NCBI GenBank assembly: GCA_041651535.1
Contig: JBAZIZ010000002.1
Location: forward strand, 82,059-146,058
Source: Patescibacteria group bacterium
GTDB lineage: Bacteria > Patescibacteriota > Patescibacteriia > Magasanikbacterales > UBA922
Length of the DNA: 64,000 nt
Direction of reading: 5' to 3'
Every line of letters starts with the position of its first letter. Positions within the stretch are counted from its first letter, which is position 1. Position numbers and translations under genes: made by a program. Of this stretch, positions 54,967 to 62,625 are shown in pieces. The notes below the pieces were generated by a model. The model saw only the letters and a list, made by a program, of their open reading frames with translations. It did not search any database and was not told where the DNA came from.

Positions 54967-55473
54967 CTAAAATATAGCTCTCAATGTTGTACCTGCAAAA
55001 AGAGTAACAAGTGTAATAATAGTTGCTGCCAAACAATCTCCAACTAAAATCATTGGTAAGGATTTTTTAAAAGGGATATTAAATATAAAAGCCACAAGTG
55101 ATCCAGTCCACGAACCAGTAAATGGAAGTGGAATCGCCACAAAAGTAATAAGTGCTATTGCTCCATATTTTGCATATTTACCAGCAAAAGCTTTTTCTGC
55201 TTTTTCCATTTTTTTTCTAAGTAATTTTCCAACAATTTTCTTTTCTATAAGCCAATCATGCAATTTTGGCAACAAATATAAAATAAACATTGCTGGAATA
55301 ATATCGCCTATAACTGCGATTATCCAGACTAAAAAAACATTCATTTTAAAAAATTCAATCCCAATCGGAATTGAAACTCTAATTTCTGTGATAGGAATCA
55401 TTGATAAAAATAAAACAGAATATTCACCTGGTAATTTTGTAAAAAAGTCTATTATAAAAGATACATCAAACAT
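54967..55473 (-). CDS. Hypothetical polytopic membrane protein (4 TM)
   Basis: 168 aa, four hydrophobic helices; no confident family assignment. Confidence 0.45.
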   Translation of the reverse strand: MFDVSFIIDFFTKLPGEYSVLFLSMIPITEIRVSIPIGIEFFKMNVFLVWIIAVIGDIIPAMFILYLLPKLHDWLIEKKIVGKLLRKKMEKAEKAFAGKYAKYGAIALITFVAIPLPFTGSWTGSLVAFIFNIPFKKSLPMILVGDCLAATIITLVTLFAGTTLRAIF

Positions 55474-55481
55474 ATTTTATA

Positions 55482-56534
55482 TTATTTCCAAATATAATTA
55501 TCAAAAACCCAATTAGAAACATCACGTGCTTCTATAAAACGACTTTCATTACTGTCTGCTCCCAAAACTACAGTATTTAAAATATGATTTTCAGCATCGC
55601 CAACTTGCATAGTAAAATTATACAAAGAAGCATCAATATAACCGGTTTTTCCACCTTTAAAAATATTAAACGAATTATTTATCCAACCAAGAAGTAACCA
55701 ATTTGTATTCCACATGTGATTATCTTTTTCTTTTAAACTAGAATGAACTGTTAAATCTTTTTTGTTTAAAGTAGTACTTATTTTTTCATTTTTTAAAGCT
55801 TCACTGAGTAAAATAACTAAATCAGAAGCAGTTGATAAATTTGTTTCTTCTAAACCTGTTGGATCAGTAAAAATTGTATCGGTCATTCCTAATTCTTGTG
55901 CTTTTTCATTCATACGAACTACAAATTCTTCTTGGTTAGGATAAATTTCTTTAATCAAAGACAAAATCGCTTTATTTGAAGAAGCAACTAAAGCTATTTC
56001 CCATAATTCTTCTAAAGAATAATTTTCACCAGCATAAATATGTGTGTCTAAATTATCTTCACCAATTACAGTTGTCATTTTTTGCCAATCAATATTTTTT
56101 TCTTTTTCTAACAAAACTAAAGCGGACATAAGTTTAGTGATGCTAGCCACTGGTCGTTTTTCATAAATATTTTTTCCATACAAAATTTTACCAGTCGCAT
56201 CATCTTTGACTATCAAAGCTTTAGCTGAAAAATTTTCTGGAAAAGAAACATTTTTATCTTTTAAAATTGGAGTTGGAGATTTTTCAATTTTTTCTGCAAT
56301 AATTTTTGGTTGTCGATAAACATAAGTTGAATTTTTTACTGCTACAAAATCTTCTTTTTTAATATTAATTTTTGCGATTTTTTCTCCACCAATAAATATT
56401 TCTTTGCCAGTTCCTTTTGCTAAAGCAAAAAAATACAAAGAAATTAAAATGAGTATTGCCAGTAAAATAAAAAAACTCTTCAAAAATATCTGCGGAGTTT
56501 TTTTTGTATCATTTGTCGGTAAAAAACTATTCAT
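55482..56534 (-). CDS. D-alanyl-D-alanine carboxypeptidase (S11, PBP5-like), membrane-anchored
   Basis: SxxK 'ASITK', SxN 'SSNKA', KTG 'KGGKTGY' motifs in correct order; N-terminal TM. Confidence 0.75.
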   Translation of the reverse strand: MNSFLPTNDTKKTPQIFLKSFFILLAILILISLYFFALAKGTGKEIFIGGEKIAKINIKKEDFVAVKNSTYVYRQPKIIAEKIEKSPTPILKDKNVSFPENFSAKALIVKDDATGKILYGKNIYEKRPVASITKLMSALVLLEKEKNIDWQKMTTVIGEDNLDTHIYAGENYSLEELWEIALVASSNKAILSLIKEIYPNQEEFVVRMNEKAQELGMTDTIFTDPTGLEETNLSTASDLVILLSEALKNEKISTTLNKKDLTVHSSLKEKDNHMWNTNWLLLGWINNSFNIFKGGKTGYIDASLYNFTMQVGDAENHILNTVVLGADSNESRFIEARDVSNWVFDNYIWK

Positions 56535-57147
56535 AATCTTCTGTATCTGAATTAGCTATTTTTTCTTTTACATAATCATGGTTATGAAATTCTTGATACT
56601 TTGGCAAATCTTCAATAGAATTTAGACCTAAACCTTTTAAAGCTTCCAGTGATAAAGAATAAATTGGAGTTAATTTTTCTGAAGAGTCTTTTTCTTGAAT
56701 AAGCCCACGAATAAGTAAATTTCTAATAATTACTGCACAATTTACTCCTCGTATTTCTTCAATTTCTGGTCTAGTCACTTCATTTTGATAAGCAATTATA
56801 GTCAAAGTTTCAAGTTGAGCTTTGGTAAGCTCTTCAGAAATTTCTGTTTTAATAAAAGAATCTAACAAACTAAAATTTTCTGAATTTGTAGTCATTTCAA
56901 AATTATCATCATTAAAAACAATCTGGATTCCAGAATTTTCATGATTATATTTAATTTTTAAATTTTCTAAAGCTTCACTAACTTCTGATTCAGTTTTTTC
57001 ACATGCTTTAGCAATTTGTTTTATTTTGAGCGGTTTTGAGGCTACAAAAAGTATTGATTCTATTTGGGCAGTCAATTCCATAATTTTTAAATAAGATAAA
57101 ACAATTATAACAAATTTTTCTAGCAACAGCAAGATTTGAAAAAACAA
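56527..57147 (-). CDS. scpB: Segregation and condensation protein B
   Basis: 'IESILFVASKPLKIKQIAKA' and 'TLTIIAYQNEVTRPEIEEIRGVN...IRNLLIRGLI' tandem winged-helix pattern. Confidence 0.7.
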   Translation of the reverse strand: MFFQILLLLEKFVIIVLSYLKIMELTAQIESILFVASKPLKIKQIAKACEKTESEVSEALENLKIKYNHENSGIQIVFNDDNFEMTTNSENFSLLDSFIKTEISEELTKAQLETLTIIAYQNEVTRPEIEEIRGVNCAVIIRNLLIRGLIQEKDSSEKLTPIYSLSLEALKGLGLNSIEDLPKYQEFHNHDYVKEKIANSDTEDYE

Positions 57148-57193
57148 AAAACAAGCTTTTACAGAGCCTGTTTTTTTCTTTGCTTAAAAACAA

Positions 57194-57673
57194 TTATTTT
57201 TCTGATTTATTTTTAAAATCTTTAAAATTATGCTGATTATTTTTTATACCATCCAATCTTTCTGGTTTTTTATGTCCAAAATCAATACCTAATTCTTCAG
57301 CAATAATTTTAGCTTCATCAAAGTTTTTATTTTTTAAAAGTTCATGCATTTCAATAAAACGCGAAAAATTTTCTTTGGTTATTTTTTCAGCGATTTTAGA
57401 ATCACTACCCTCAGCTGTTATCCAAGCATCATAATCTTGATTTTGAATAGCTTCTTGAACTTTTTCAATTTGTTCTCTGTCAAATTTTATAGTTGTTGAA
57501 GACAATGAGTTTGTTTTTTCTTTAAAATTAAAATCACAACGACAATCACATTTTTTGTTATCTAAATTAGAATCTATATTATCTTGATCTTCTGCTTGAA
57601 CAAAACTATATGTTAAAAATACAGAAATTAAAAATAAAGAAAAAAGTAAAAAATTTCTTTTTTTGTTATCCAT
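57194..57673 (-). CDS. Hypothetical secreted protein
   Basis: Signal peptide FLLFSLFLISVFLTYSFVQA; Cys cluster 'KKCDCRCDFNFKEK'. Confidence 0.45.
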   Translation of the reverse strand: MDNKKRNFLLFSLFLISVFLTYSFVQAEDQDNIDSNLDNKKCDCRCDFNFKEKTNSLSSTTIKFDREQIEKVQEAIQNQDYDAWITAEGSDSKIAEKITKENFSRFIEMHELLKNKNFDEAKIIAEELGIDFGHKKPERLDGIKNNQHNFKDFKNKSEK

Positions 57674-57744
57674 AAATAAAATTTTTATAAATTAACTATA
57701 AACGAATGACGTCTACAATTAGTAATACAAAAATTTTAACTTTT

Positions 57745-58644
57745 TTATTTCATTTTTTGAGACATACATTTTTCACATTCTTCTTTTGATTGCCAATCAC
57801 TCAAAACACAAGCTTTAAAACAGTCTTCACCCCCTGTTTCTAAAACAGCCCCTGGACCTTGTTTAATAAAATTACATTTTATAGAATTATTATTTAAACA
57901 ATTATTTTCCAATTCTCTTTCTGTCCTTTTTCGATTCATTTCTAATTCATTATCATCCACAACTCTATAATCAATAGCTTGAAAAGAATATTCTCCAGTT
58001 TTTTCACCAACAAATACCACAAAATCACCTTTTTCTAAAGTCTTTTTTTTACACGCTGATAAATTGACAATAACTTCATTTTCAAACATTGGCAATTGAA
58101 TTATAGCTTCTGGATAATTGACATATAAAATCATTCCGGCAATACTATGATCTCGCATATTATCAATATTTTGTGAAAATGGTTTAAATTTTTTTCCAAG
58201 ATCACTGTTAGGATTAAAAAAATGATATTCTAATTTATGATTCATTGAAGTAAAAGCAAGTAACGCACCAAATAAAAATATATTTAACACAAATATAATT
58301 GTAATAAAACCAAAAGATTTTTTATAAGCAAACTCGGTTTTACTGATTAAATAACCAGCTAAAAAAATTAAAGCAATAAAACAACTGACTAGCAAAAATG
58401 GAAAAGATTCCAAAAAAGCAAATAATCCTCTGCTGCCGAAACTTAAATAGATTAAATTATCAGTTGATTTAAAATAAAATAAAACTAAACTTAAAAATAA
58501 AATTGATAAAATTACACTAAAAATCAAAATACTACTAAAACCTAATTTTTCAGCTAAAAAAATATATTTTGATCTTAGAGAGACTTTGCCACTTTTTATT
58601 TTTTCCATTATTTCTTTTTCTAAATTTCTTTTTTCTTCTGACAT
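57745..58644 (-). CDS. Putative anti-sigma factor / membrane protein co-transcribed with the ECF sigma factor
   Basis: Starts 5 nt after the sigma-factor stop; 3-4 TM helices followed by an extracytoplasmic Cys-containing domain; assignment by context only. Confidence 0.4.
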   Translation of the reverse strand: MSEEKRNLEKEIMEKIKSGKVSLRSKYIFLAEKLGFSSILIFSVILSILFLSLVLFYFKSTDNLIYLSFGSRGLFAFLESFPFLLVSCFIALIFLAGYLISKTEFAYKKSFGFITIIFVLNIFLFGALLAFTSMNHKLEYHFFNPNSDLGKKFKPFSQNIDNMRDHSIAGMILYVNYPEAIIQLPMFENEVIVNLSACKKKTLEKGDFVVFVGEKTGEYSFQAIDYRVVDDNELEMNRKRTERELENNCLNNNSIKCNFIKQGPGAVLETGGEDCFKACVLSDWQSKEECEKCMSQKMK

Positions 58645-58648
58645 AATT

Positions 58649-59212
58649 TTATTTTTTATTTTTAGAATTTAATTCTTTTATTAAATTTTTTTTAGCTCGA
58701 TGAATATAAATACCAACGGTATTTTTAGGAATTCTTAAAATATCACTGATTTCATCATAACTTTTTTCTTCAAAATAATACAACAATAAAACTTCGCGGT
58801 ATTTTGTCTTAATTAAATTTAAATAATCTGCCATTTCTTTTTGTAAAAATTTTTGATCCAATTTATCTTCTAAAAAGTTTTTTTCAGCAAAAATATTTTC
58901 GTCAATTTCATCTAAATTTAAATTTATTTTTGTCCGTCCGTGTTTTTTTAAATAATTTATTGTTTCATTATGTGCGATACGATAAGCCCAAGAAGAAAAC
59001 TTCTTTTTTGTATCAAAACCAAATAAATTTCTATAAATTTTTAAATAAACTTCTTGCAAAATATCTTCACTATCGTTAGAATTGTAACTCAAACGATTTA
59101 TATAACTAGATAAAGGAGTTTTATATCTAGCAATTATTTCACTATATAAATCCATGTTTCCGTTTCTGATCTCTTCTACCAGAACTTCGTCACTTTTTTG
59201 GCTTTTTTCCAT
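58649..59212 (-). CDS. RNA polymerase sigma-70 factor, ECF subfamily
   Basis: Region 2 'DILQEVYLKIYRNLFGFDTKKKFSSWAYRIAHNETINYLKK', region 4 HTH 'SYDEISDILRIPKNTVGIYIHRAKKNL'. Confidence 0.8.
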   Translation of the reverse strand: MEKSQKSDEVLVEEIRNGNMDLYSEIIARYKTPLSSYINRLSYNSNDSEDILQEVYLKIYRNLFGFDTKKKFSSWAYRIAHNETINYLKKHGRTKINLNLDEIDENIFAEKNFLEDKLDQKFLQKEMADYLNLIKTKYREVLLLYYFEEKSYDEISDILRIPKNTVGIYIHRAKKNLIKELNSKNKK

Positions 59213-59280
59213 AAAATTGGCTAATTTTAGTCTATCTAATATATTACAATTATACTTGTAAAATTATTTCAAAGCAATAC

Positions 59281-59305
59281 AAAAAAACACCTCGTTTAAG
59301 GTGTT
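59281..59305 (-). terminator. Terminator for Ltp-domain gene (AACACCT-taaacg-AGGTGTT + U7)
   Basis: Perfect 7-bp stem plus TTTTTTT on the minus strand 22 nt after the stop. Confidence 0.6.
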
Positions 59306-59326
59306 TTATGTTTAATTGATTTTTAT

Positions 59327-60037
59327 TTATAATCCAACTGAATTAACTCCGTATTCTGCTTGTCCTTGCGTAAAACCCTCATATAATAGTTGGCCTATTA
59401 AACCACCACGTGAAAATGAAGAATAATCCAAATATTGTTCGGCACTTTTAGCTGCCTGTTCATTCCAATCAGCACCAGAATTATCTGTTCCATAAACTGC
59501 ATCAACATGTGAAAATTTTTCGTATTCCAATTGTTTAATCAATCCCTCACGAGAAAAAGCAGAATAATCCAAATAAGCTTTTGCACTTCTGATAGCATTT
59601 TTTTGACTAACTGTTTCGGTTGATACTGGTATAATATCTTGTTTATCTACTTCTTCGGTCTGAGTTTGTGTTGGTAAAGATACTGGTGTAGTTTCTGATG
59701 CTGTTTGAATTTCATCTTCTTTTACAGGAGCGACTGTTATATTACCACTCTCTTCTACTATCATAGGAATATTTTCTTCTTTTTCTTCTACAATTTCTGT
59801 ATTTTGTGTATTCTCTACTACAACATGATTTTCTGTCTGATTATCAGTATCCTCAGGTGTTTCAGTTGTAATTCCAAATAGAACAAAAGAAACAATAATT
59901 GAAATACCAAAAATTTTTCCTATTCTTTTCCTAGTTATCTCACCTTTTAAAAATTTAGAAAAAGACGATGGTTTAATAAGCCCGATTATCAAACAGACGA
60001 AAGAACCTAAAAATATTAGCAAAAATAAATTTTCCAT
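59327..60037 (-). CDS. Membrane-anchored protein with two C-terminal Ltp-family (host cell surface-exposed lipoprotein, PF07553-like) domains
   Basis: N-terminal TM; tandem 'AKAYLDYSAFSREGLIKQLEYEKFSHVDAVYGT' and 'AEQYLDYSSFSRGGLIGQLLYEGFTQGQAEYGVN' match the Ltp 'A..YL....FSR.GLI.QL...GF....A.YAV' signature. Confidence 0.65.
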   Translation of the reverse strand: MENLFLLIFLGSFVCLIIGLIKPSSFSKFLKGEITRKRIGKIFGISIIVSFVLFGITTETPEDTDNQTENHVVVENTQNTEIVEEKEENIPMIVEESGNITVAPVKEDEIQTASETTPVSLPTQTQTEEVDKQDIIPVSTETVSQKNAIRSAKAYLDYSAFSREGLIKQLEYEKFSHVDAVYGTDNSGADWNEQAAKSAEQYLDYSSFSRGGLIGQLLYEGFTQGQAEYGVNSVGL

Positions 60038-60082
60038 ATTATGTTATACTTAAATAAATAAATCCACTGCACCTTTGTATTT

Positions 60083-60198
60083 AAAAACACAAAAGGCTCT
60101 CCATGCAATGGTGATCTCTTACGAGACCCAGTAACCTTTCGGTTAAAGACTGGATAAACAATACCAAAGATGAGAGAGCCATCTCTATGTTTATCCAG
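60083..60198 (-). ncRNA. Candidate structured leader/sRNA with pseudoknot-like interleaved stems and terminal U-tract (attenuator or riboswitch-like) upstream of the Ltp gene
   Basis: GC-rich island; GGCTCTC(60095)/GAGAGCC(60174) and CTGGATAAACA(60150)/TGTTTATCCAG(60188) are interleaved; nested CCAGT-AACC-tttc-GGTT-ACTGG; on the minus strand the closing helix is followed by UUUUGUGUUUUU. Confidence 0.3.
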
Positions 60199-60441
60199 TT
60201 TTAGACCATGCCCACAAAGCGAGTTTAGGTCTTTAAATTGTTGCTTATATTCTAGCAAAATATTTTTTAAAAAGCAAGGTAAAAAACAAAAAAACACCTG
60301 TAAAAAAAGTATTTTATTTATTATGGACAAATTATAATTATTATATTGACAATAAAAATTATATTGTGTATAGTTTATATACAAACGGCTTCGGCCTCCG
60401 AGACCCTGTTTTCCTCTTATGGATCACAGGGATCGTTTTTT

Positions 60442-60726
60442 TTATAAAAAGTCTTTTATCTTTTTTCTAACTTCATTAAATTCTTCTTTTGAAATTGTTC
60501 TTACTTTTCTTAATAATCTCTTAGAACTGATAAGTCTTAATTGGGATAAAATTAAATATGACGTTTCATTTTTATATTTTACAGGAAAATAATATTTCTT
60601 ATTATTAGTTTTATCTTGACTGGTCATCGGAATAATCCACATTATTTCCAGATTAAATTGTTTTATTATAAGAACAGGTCTTTCAAAAGTTTCGTTTTTC
60701 CCATTTTGTTCAAAGCCAATATTCAT
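60442..60726 (-). CDS. MazF/PemK-family endoribonuclease toxin (N-terminally short)
   Basis: 'GFEQNGKNETFERPVLIIKQ' aligns to the MazF 'VGSEQGGVRPVLVIQ' segment; 'ILSQLRLISSKRL' = MazF 'LxQxRTIxxxRL'; C-terminal 'ISKEEFNEVRKKIKDFL'. Confidence 0.6.
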   Translation of the reverse strand: MNIGFEQNGKNETFERPVLIIKQFNLEIMWIIPMTSQDKTNNKKYYFPVKYKNETSYLILSQLRLISSKRLLRKVRTISKEEFNEVRKKIKDFL

Positions 60727-61024
60727 CCCTATACTAGCTCACCAATTTTCTCGTACTTTAAAAAAAATATTTTGTTTTGCTAAGTGTATTCTTATTTTTA
60801 ATTTTGTCCATTCTATAAAATTTTTTATTTTCCCCTCCATATTTTAAAGTTATTTTAATAATATATATTTTATCAAAAAATAATACAAAAACAAAAAATT
60901 TTATTTTACAAAACCATTTTTAAATGTAACCCAATTGTCTGAAACTTTTATTTCAGAGCAAGAAAAAAACCTTTATTTAAAAATAAAAATATGTTAAAAT
61001 AAACACAAAATATAATAAGTAAAT

Positions 61025-61975
61025 ATGATTCTTTCAATAGCTTTATTAATTTTATCTTTGCTAACTGTAATAAAAAGTGCTGATTACGCAATTCATTATT
61101 CAGGAAAAATTGCCAGAAGTTTAAATCTTTCTAAATATATAGTTGGTTTTTTAATTGTGGCCGTAATTTCAATTTTACCTGAAACTTTAGTATCAGTAAA
61201 TTCAGCTTTAAAAGGTGTACCTGCTTTTGGTTTAGGTACACTTTATGGATCAAATATTGCTGATTTAACATTAGTTTTTGCTTTAGTGGTTTTATTATCA
61301 AGTAGAAACCTAAAAATTGAAAGTAAAATAATAAAAAATCGTTTTTTTTATATAGGACTTGTAGCTATACCAATTTTATTAGGTTTGAATGGACATTATT
61401 CACGTCTAGAAGGAATTATTTTAATAATATCTGGCCTGAGTTTTTATTTTTATATTTTAAACAAAAATCATTGTTCTCCAAAAGATATTAAAGAAAAAAT
61501 CAATTTATCTGATTTAACATTATTGATTATTAGCATGATTGGTTTGATTTTTGGATCACATTTTACTGTAAAATATGGGATTACTTTTGCAAATAGTTTA
61601 AAAATTAATCCAGTTTTAATCGGTATGTTTGTTGTGGGGGTTGGAACAACCTTACCTGAATTATTTTTTTCTGTCAGAGCCGCAAAAAATCACAATGATG
61701 ATTTGGCTTTAGGAGATATTTTAGGGACTGTTATGGCTGATGCTACCATAGTTGTTGGAATTATAGCTGTTATTATACCTTTTGCTTTTAATCCAAAAAT
61801 AATTTATATAACTGGTACATTTATGTTTTTGGCAATAAATTTGCTTTTTCATTTTATAAAAACTGAAAAACTTTTAACAAAAAAAGAAGCAGTTTTGCTA
61901 TTATTTTTTTATTTTATTTTTGTCTTCACTGAATTAGCCATAAACGATCAACGTTTTATAGAATTATTTAAATAA
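61025..61975 (+). CDS. Ca2+/Na+ antiporter (CaCA family, YrbG-like)
   Basis: 10 TM; duplicated alpha-repeat motifs 'GTLYGSNIADLTLVFALVVL' and 'LGDILGTVMADATIVVGIIAVI'. Confidence 0.6.
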   Translation: MILSIALLILSLLTVIKSADYAIHYSGKIARSLNLSKYIVGFLIVAVISILPETLVSVNSALKGVPAFGLGTLYGSNIADLTLVFALVVLLSSRNLKIESKIIKNRFFYIGLVAIPILLGLNGHYSRLEGIILIISGLSFYFYILNKNHCSPKDIKEKINLSDLTLLIISMIGLIFGSHFTVKYGITFANSLKINPVLIGMFVVGVGTTLPELFFSVRAAKNHNDDLALGDILGTVMADATIVVGIIAVIIPFAFNPKIIYITGTFMFLAINLLFHFIKTEKLLTKKEAVLLLFFYFIFVFTELAINDQRFIELFK

Positions 61976-61978
61976 AAA

Positions 61979-62002
61979 AACACTCAAATAAAAAAGTGTT
62001 TT
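61979..62002 (+). terminator. Terminator for CaCA gene (AACACT-caaataaaa-AGTGTT + T4)
   Basis: Hairpin + TTTTG immediately after the stop and abutting the tRNA 3' end. Confidence 0.45.
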
Positions 62003-62003
62003 G

Positions 62004-62075
62004 TGCTCCCGCCAGGAATCGAACCTGGATTTTTGGTTCCGCAAACCAATGTCCTATCCGTTGAACGACAGGAGC
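62004..62075 (-). tRNA. tRNA with anticodon GCG as read (would decode CGY = Arg); needs tRNAscan confirmation
   Basis: Minus-strand GCTCCTG-TC-GTTC-AACGGATA-GGAC-A-TTGGT-TTGCGGA-ACCAA-AAAT-CCAGG-TTCGATT-CCTGG-CGGGAGC-A: full cloverleaf with TTCGATT T-loop; anticodon loop U32-U33-G34-C35-G36-G37-A38. Confidence 0.65.
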
Positions 62076-62078
62076 TTT

Positions 62079-62342
62079 TTAAATTATCATTTTTATTTTT
62101 CCATCATTAATCATTTTTTGTAAATAATCTTTTCTTTTTAGTTTTTTAATTTTTCTCTCAATTTTTCTAGCCACTTCTAAATTATTATATTCTTGAACTA
62201 ACACTAATTCAATATTTTTCATGTTTCTAGTTGTTTGAGTATGGCCATTTTTATGTTGTTTCAATCTCCTATCTATATTTGATGTGCTTCCAACATAAAA
62301 TCTGTTATCATTACTTTTTAATATATATACATATCCCCCCAT
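62079..62342 (-). CDS. GIY-YIG nuclease superfamily protein (YhbQ-like, 87 aa)
   Basis: 'GYVYILKSNDNRFYVGSTSNIDRRLKQHKNG...' GIY-(10)-YVG + R + 'VLVQEY...E..IK' motifs; starts 21 nt after the tRNA-fragment duplicate and ends 3 nt before the intact tRNA. Confidence 0.75.
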   Translation of the reverse strand: MGGYVYILKSNDNRFYVGSTSNIDRRLKQHKNGHTQTTRNMKNIELVLVQEYNNLEVARKIERKIKKLKRKDYLQKMINDGKIKMII

Positions 62343-62365
62343 ATATTTTATATATTATTTTAATT

Positions 62366-62444
62366 TCCTATCCGCCCCGATGTTTCGCTTTAGCGAAAAT
62401 CGGAACTCCGACTCCACAGGACGTCGGAGTTGAACGACAGGAGC
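62366..62444 (-). other. Duplicated 5' fragment of the adjacent tRNA (positions 1-16 + D-arm 3' part GGATAGGA) interrupted by a 55-nt two-hairpin insert
   Basis: 'GCTCCTGTCGTTCAAC' (identical to tRNA nt 1-16) + 'TCCGACGTCCTGTGGAGTCGGAG' (9-bp hairpin) + 'TTCCGATTTTCGCTAAAGCGAAACATCGGGGC' (hairpin) + 'GGATAGGA' (= tRNA nt 17-24); 3' 'TTGAACGACAGGAGCTTTTTAAATT' repeated at 62061 and 62431. Confidence 0.6.
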
Positions 62445-62625
62445 TTTTTAAATTCAAAAAAATTATATATTAAAATTATTAAAAAGTCAACCGTATACAA
62501 TCAATTATGTCTGTCAGCAGGCAAGAAGTCGAAAATTTATTGTTTAAAATCTTTTTATTTTTTAATTTTTACTTTTTAATTTTCTTTTGCTATAATAAAA
62601 AGTATAGTAATCACCAGTTTAATAT

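Noticed and set aside
60016-60384. 122-aa minus-strand ORF between the MazF-like and Ltp genes
   Set aside because: Overlaps the Ltp start and the GC-rich structured element; composition is junk-like and there is no RBS, so an RNA element is more plausible.
60727-61020. Type III (ToxIN-like) toxin-antitoxin with repetitive RNA antitoxin upstream of the MazF-fold gene
   Set aside because: No tandem direct repeats are present in the 300 bp upstream of the toxin gene.
62004-62445. Group I intron-containing tRNA with the GIY-YIG ORF as intron-encoded homing endonuclease
   Set aside because: A complete, uninterrupted tRNA copy exists at 62004-62075, and the insert sits in the D-loop of the partial copy, not in the anticodon loop where tRNA group I introns reside. 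The intervening sequence is too short and AT-rich for a group I catalytic core.
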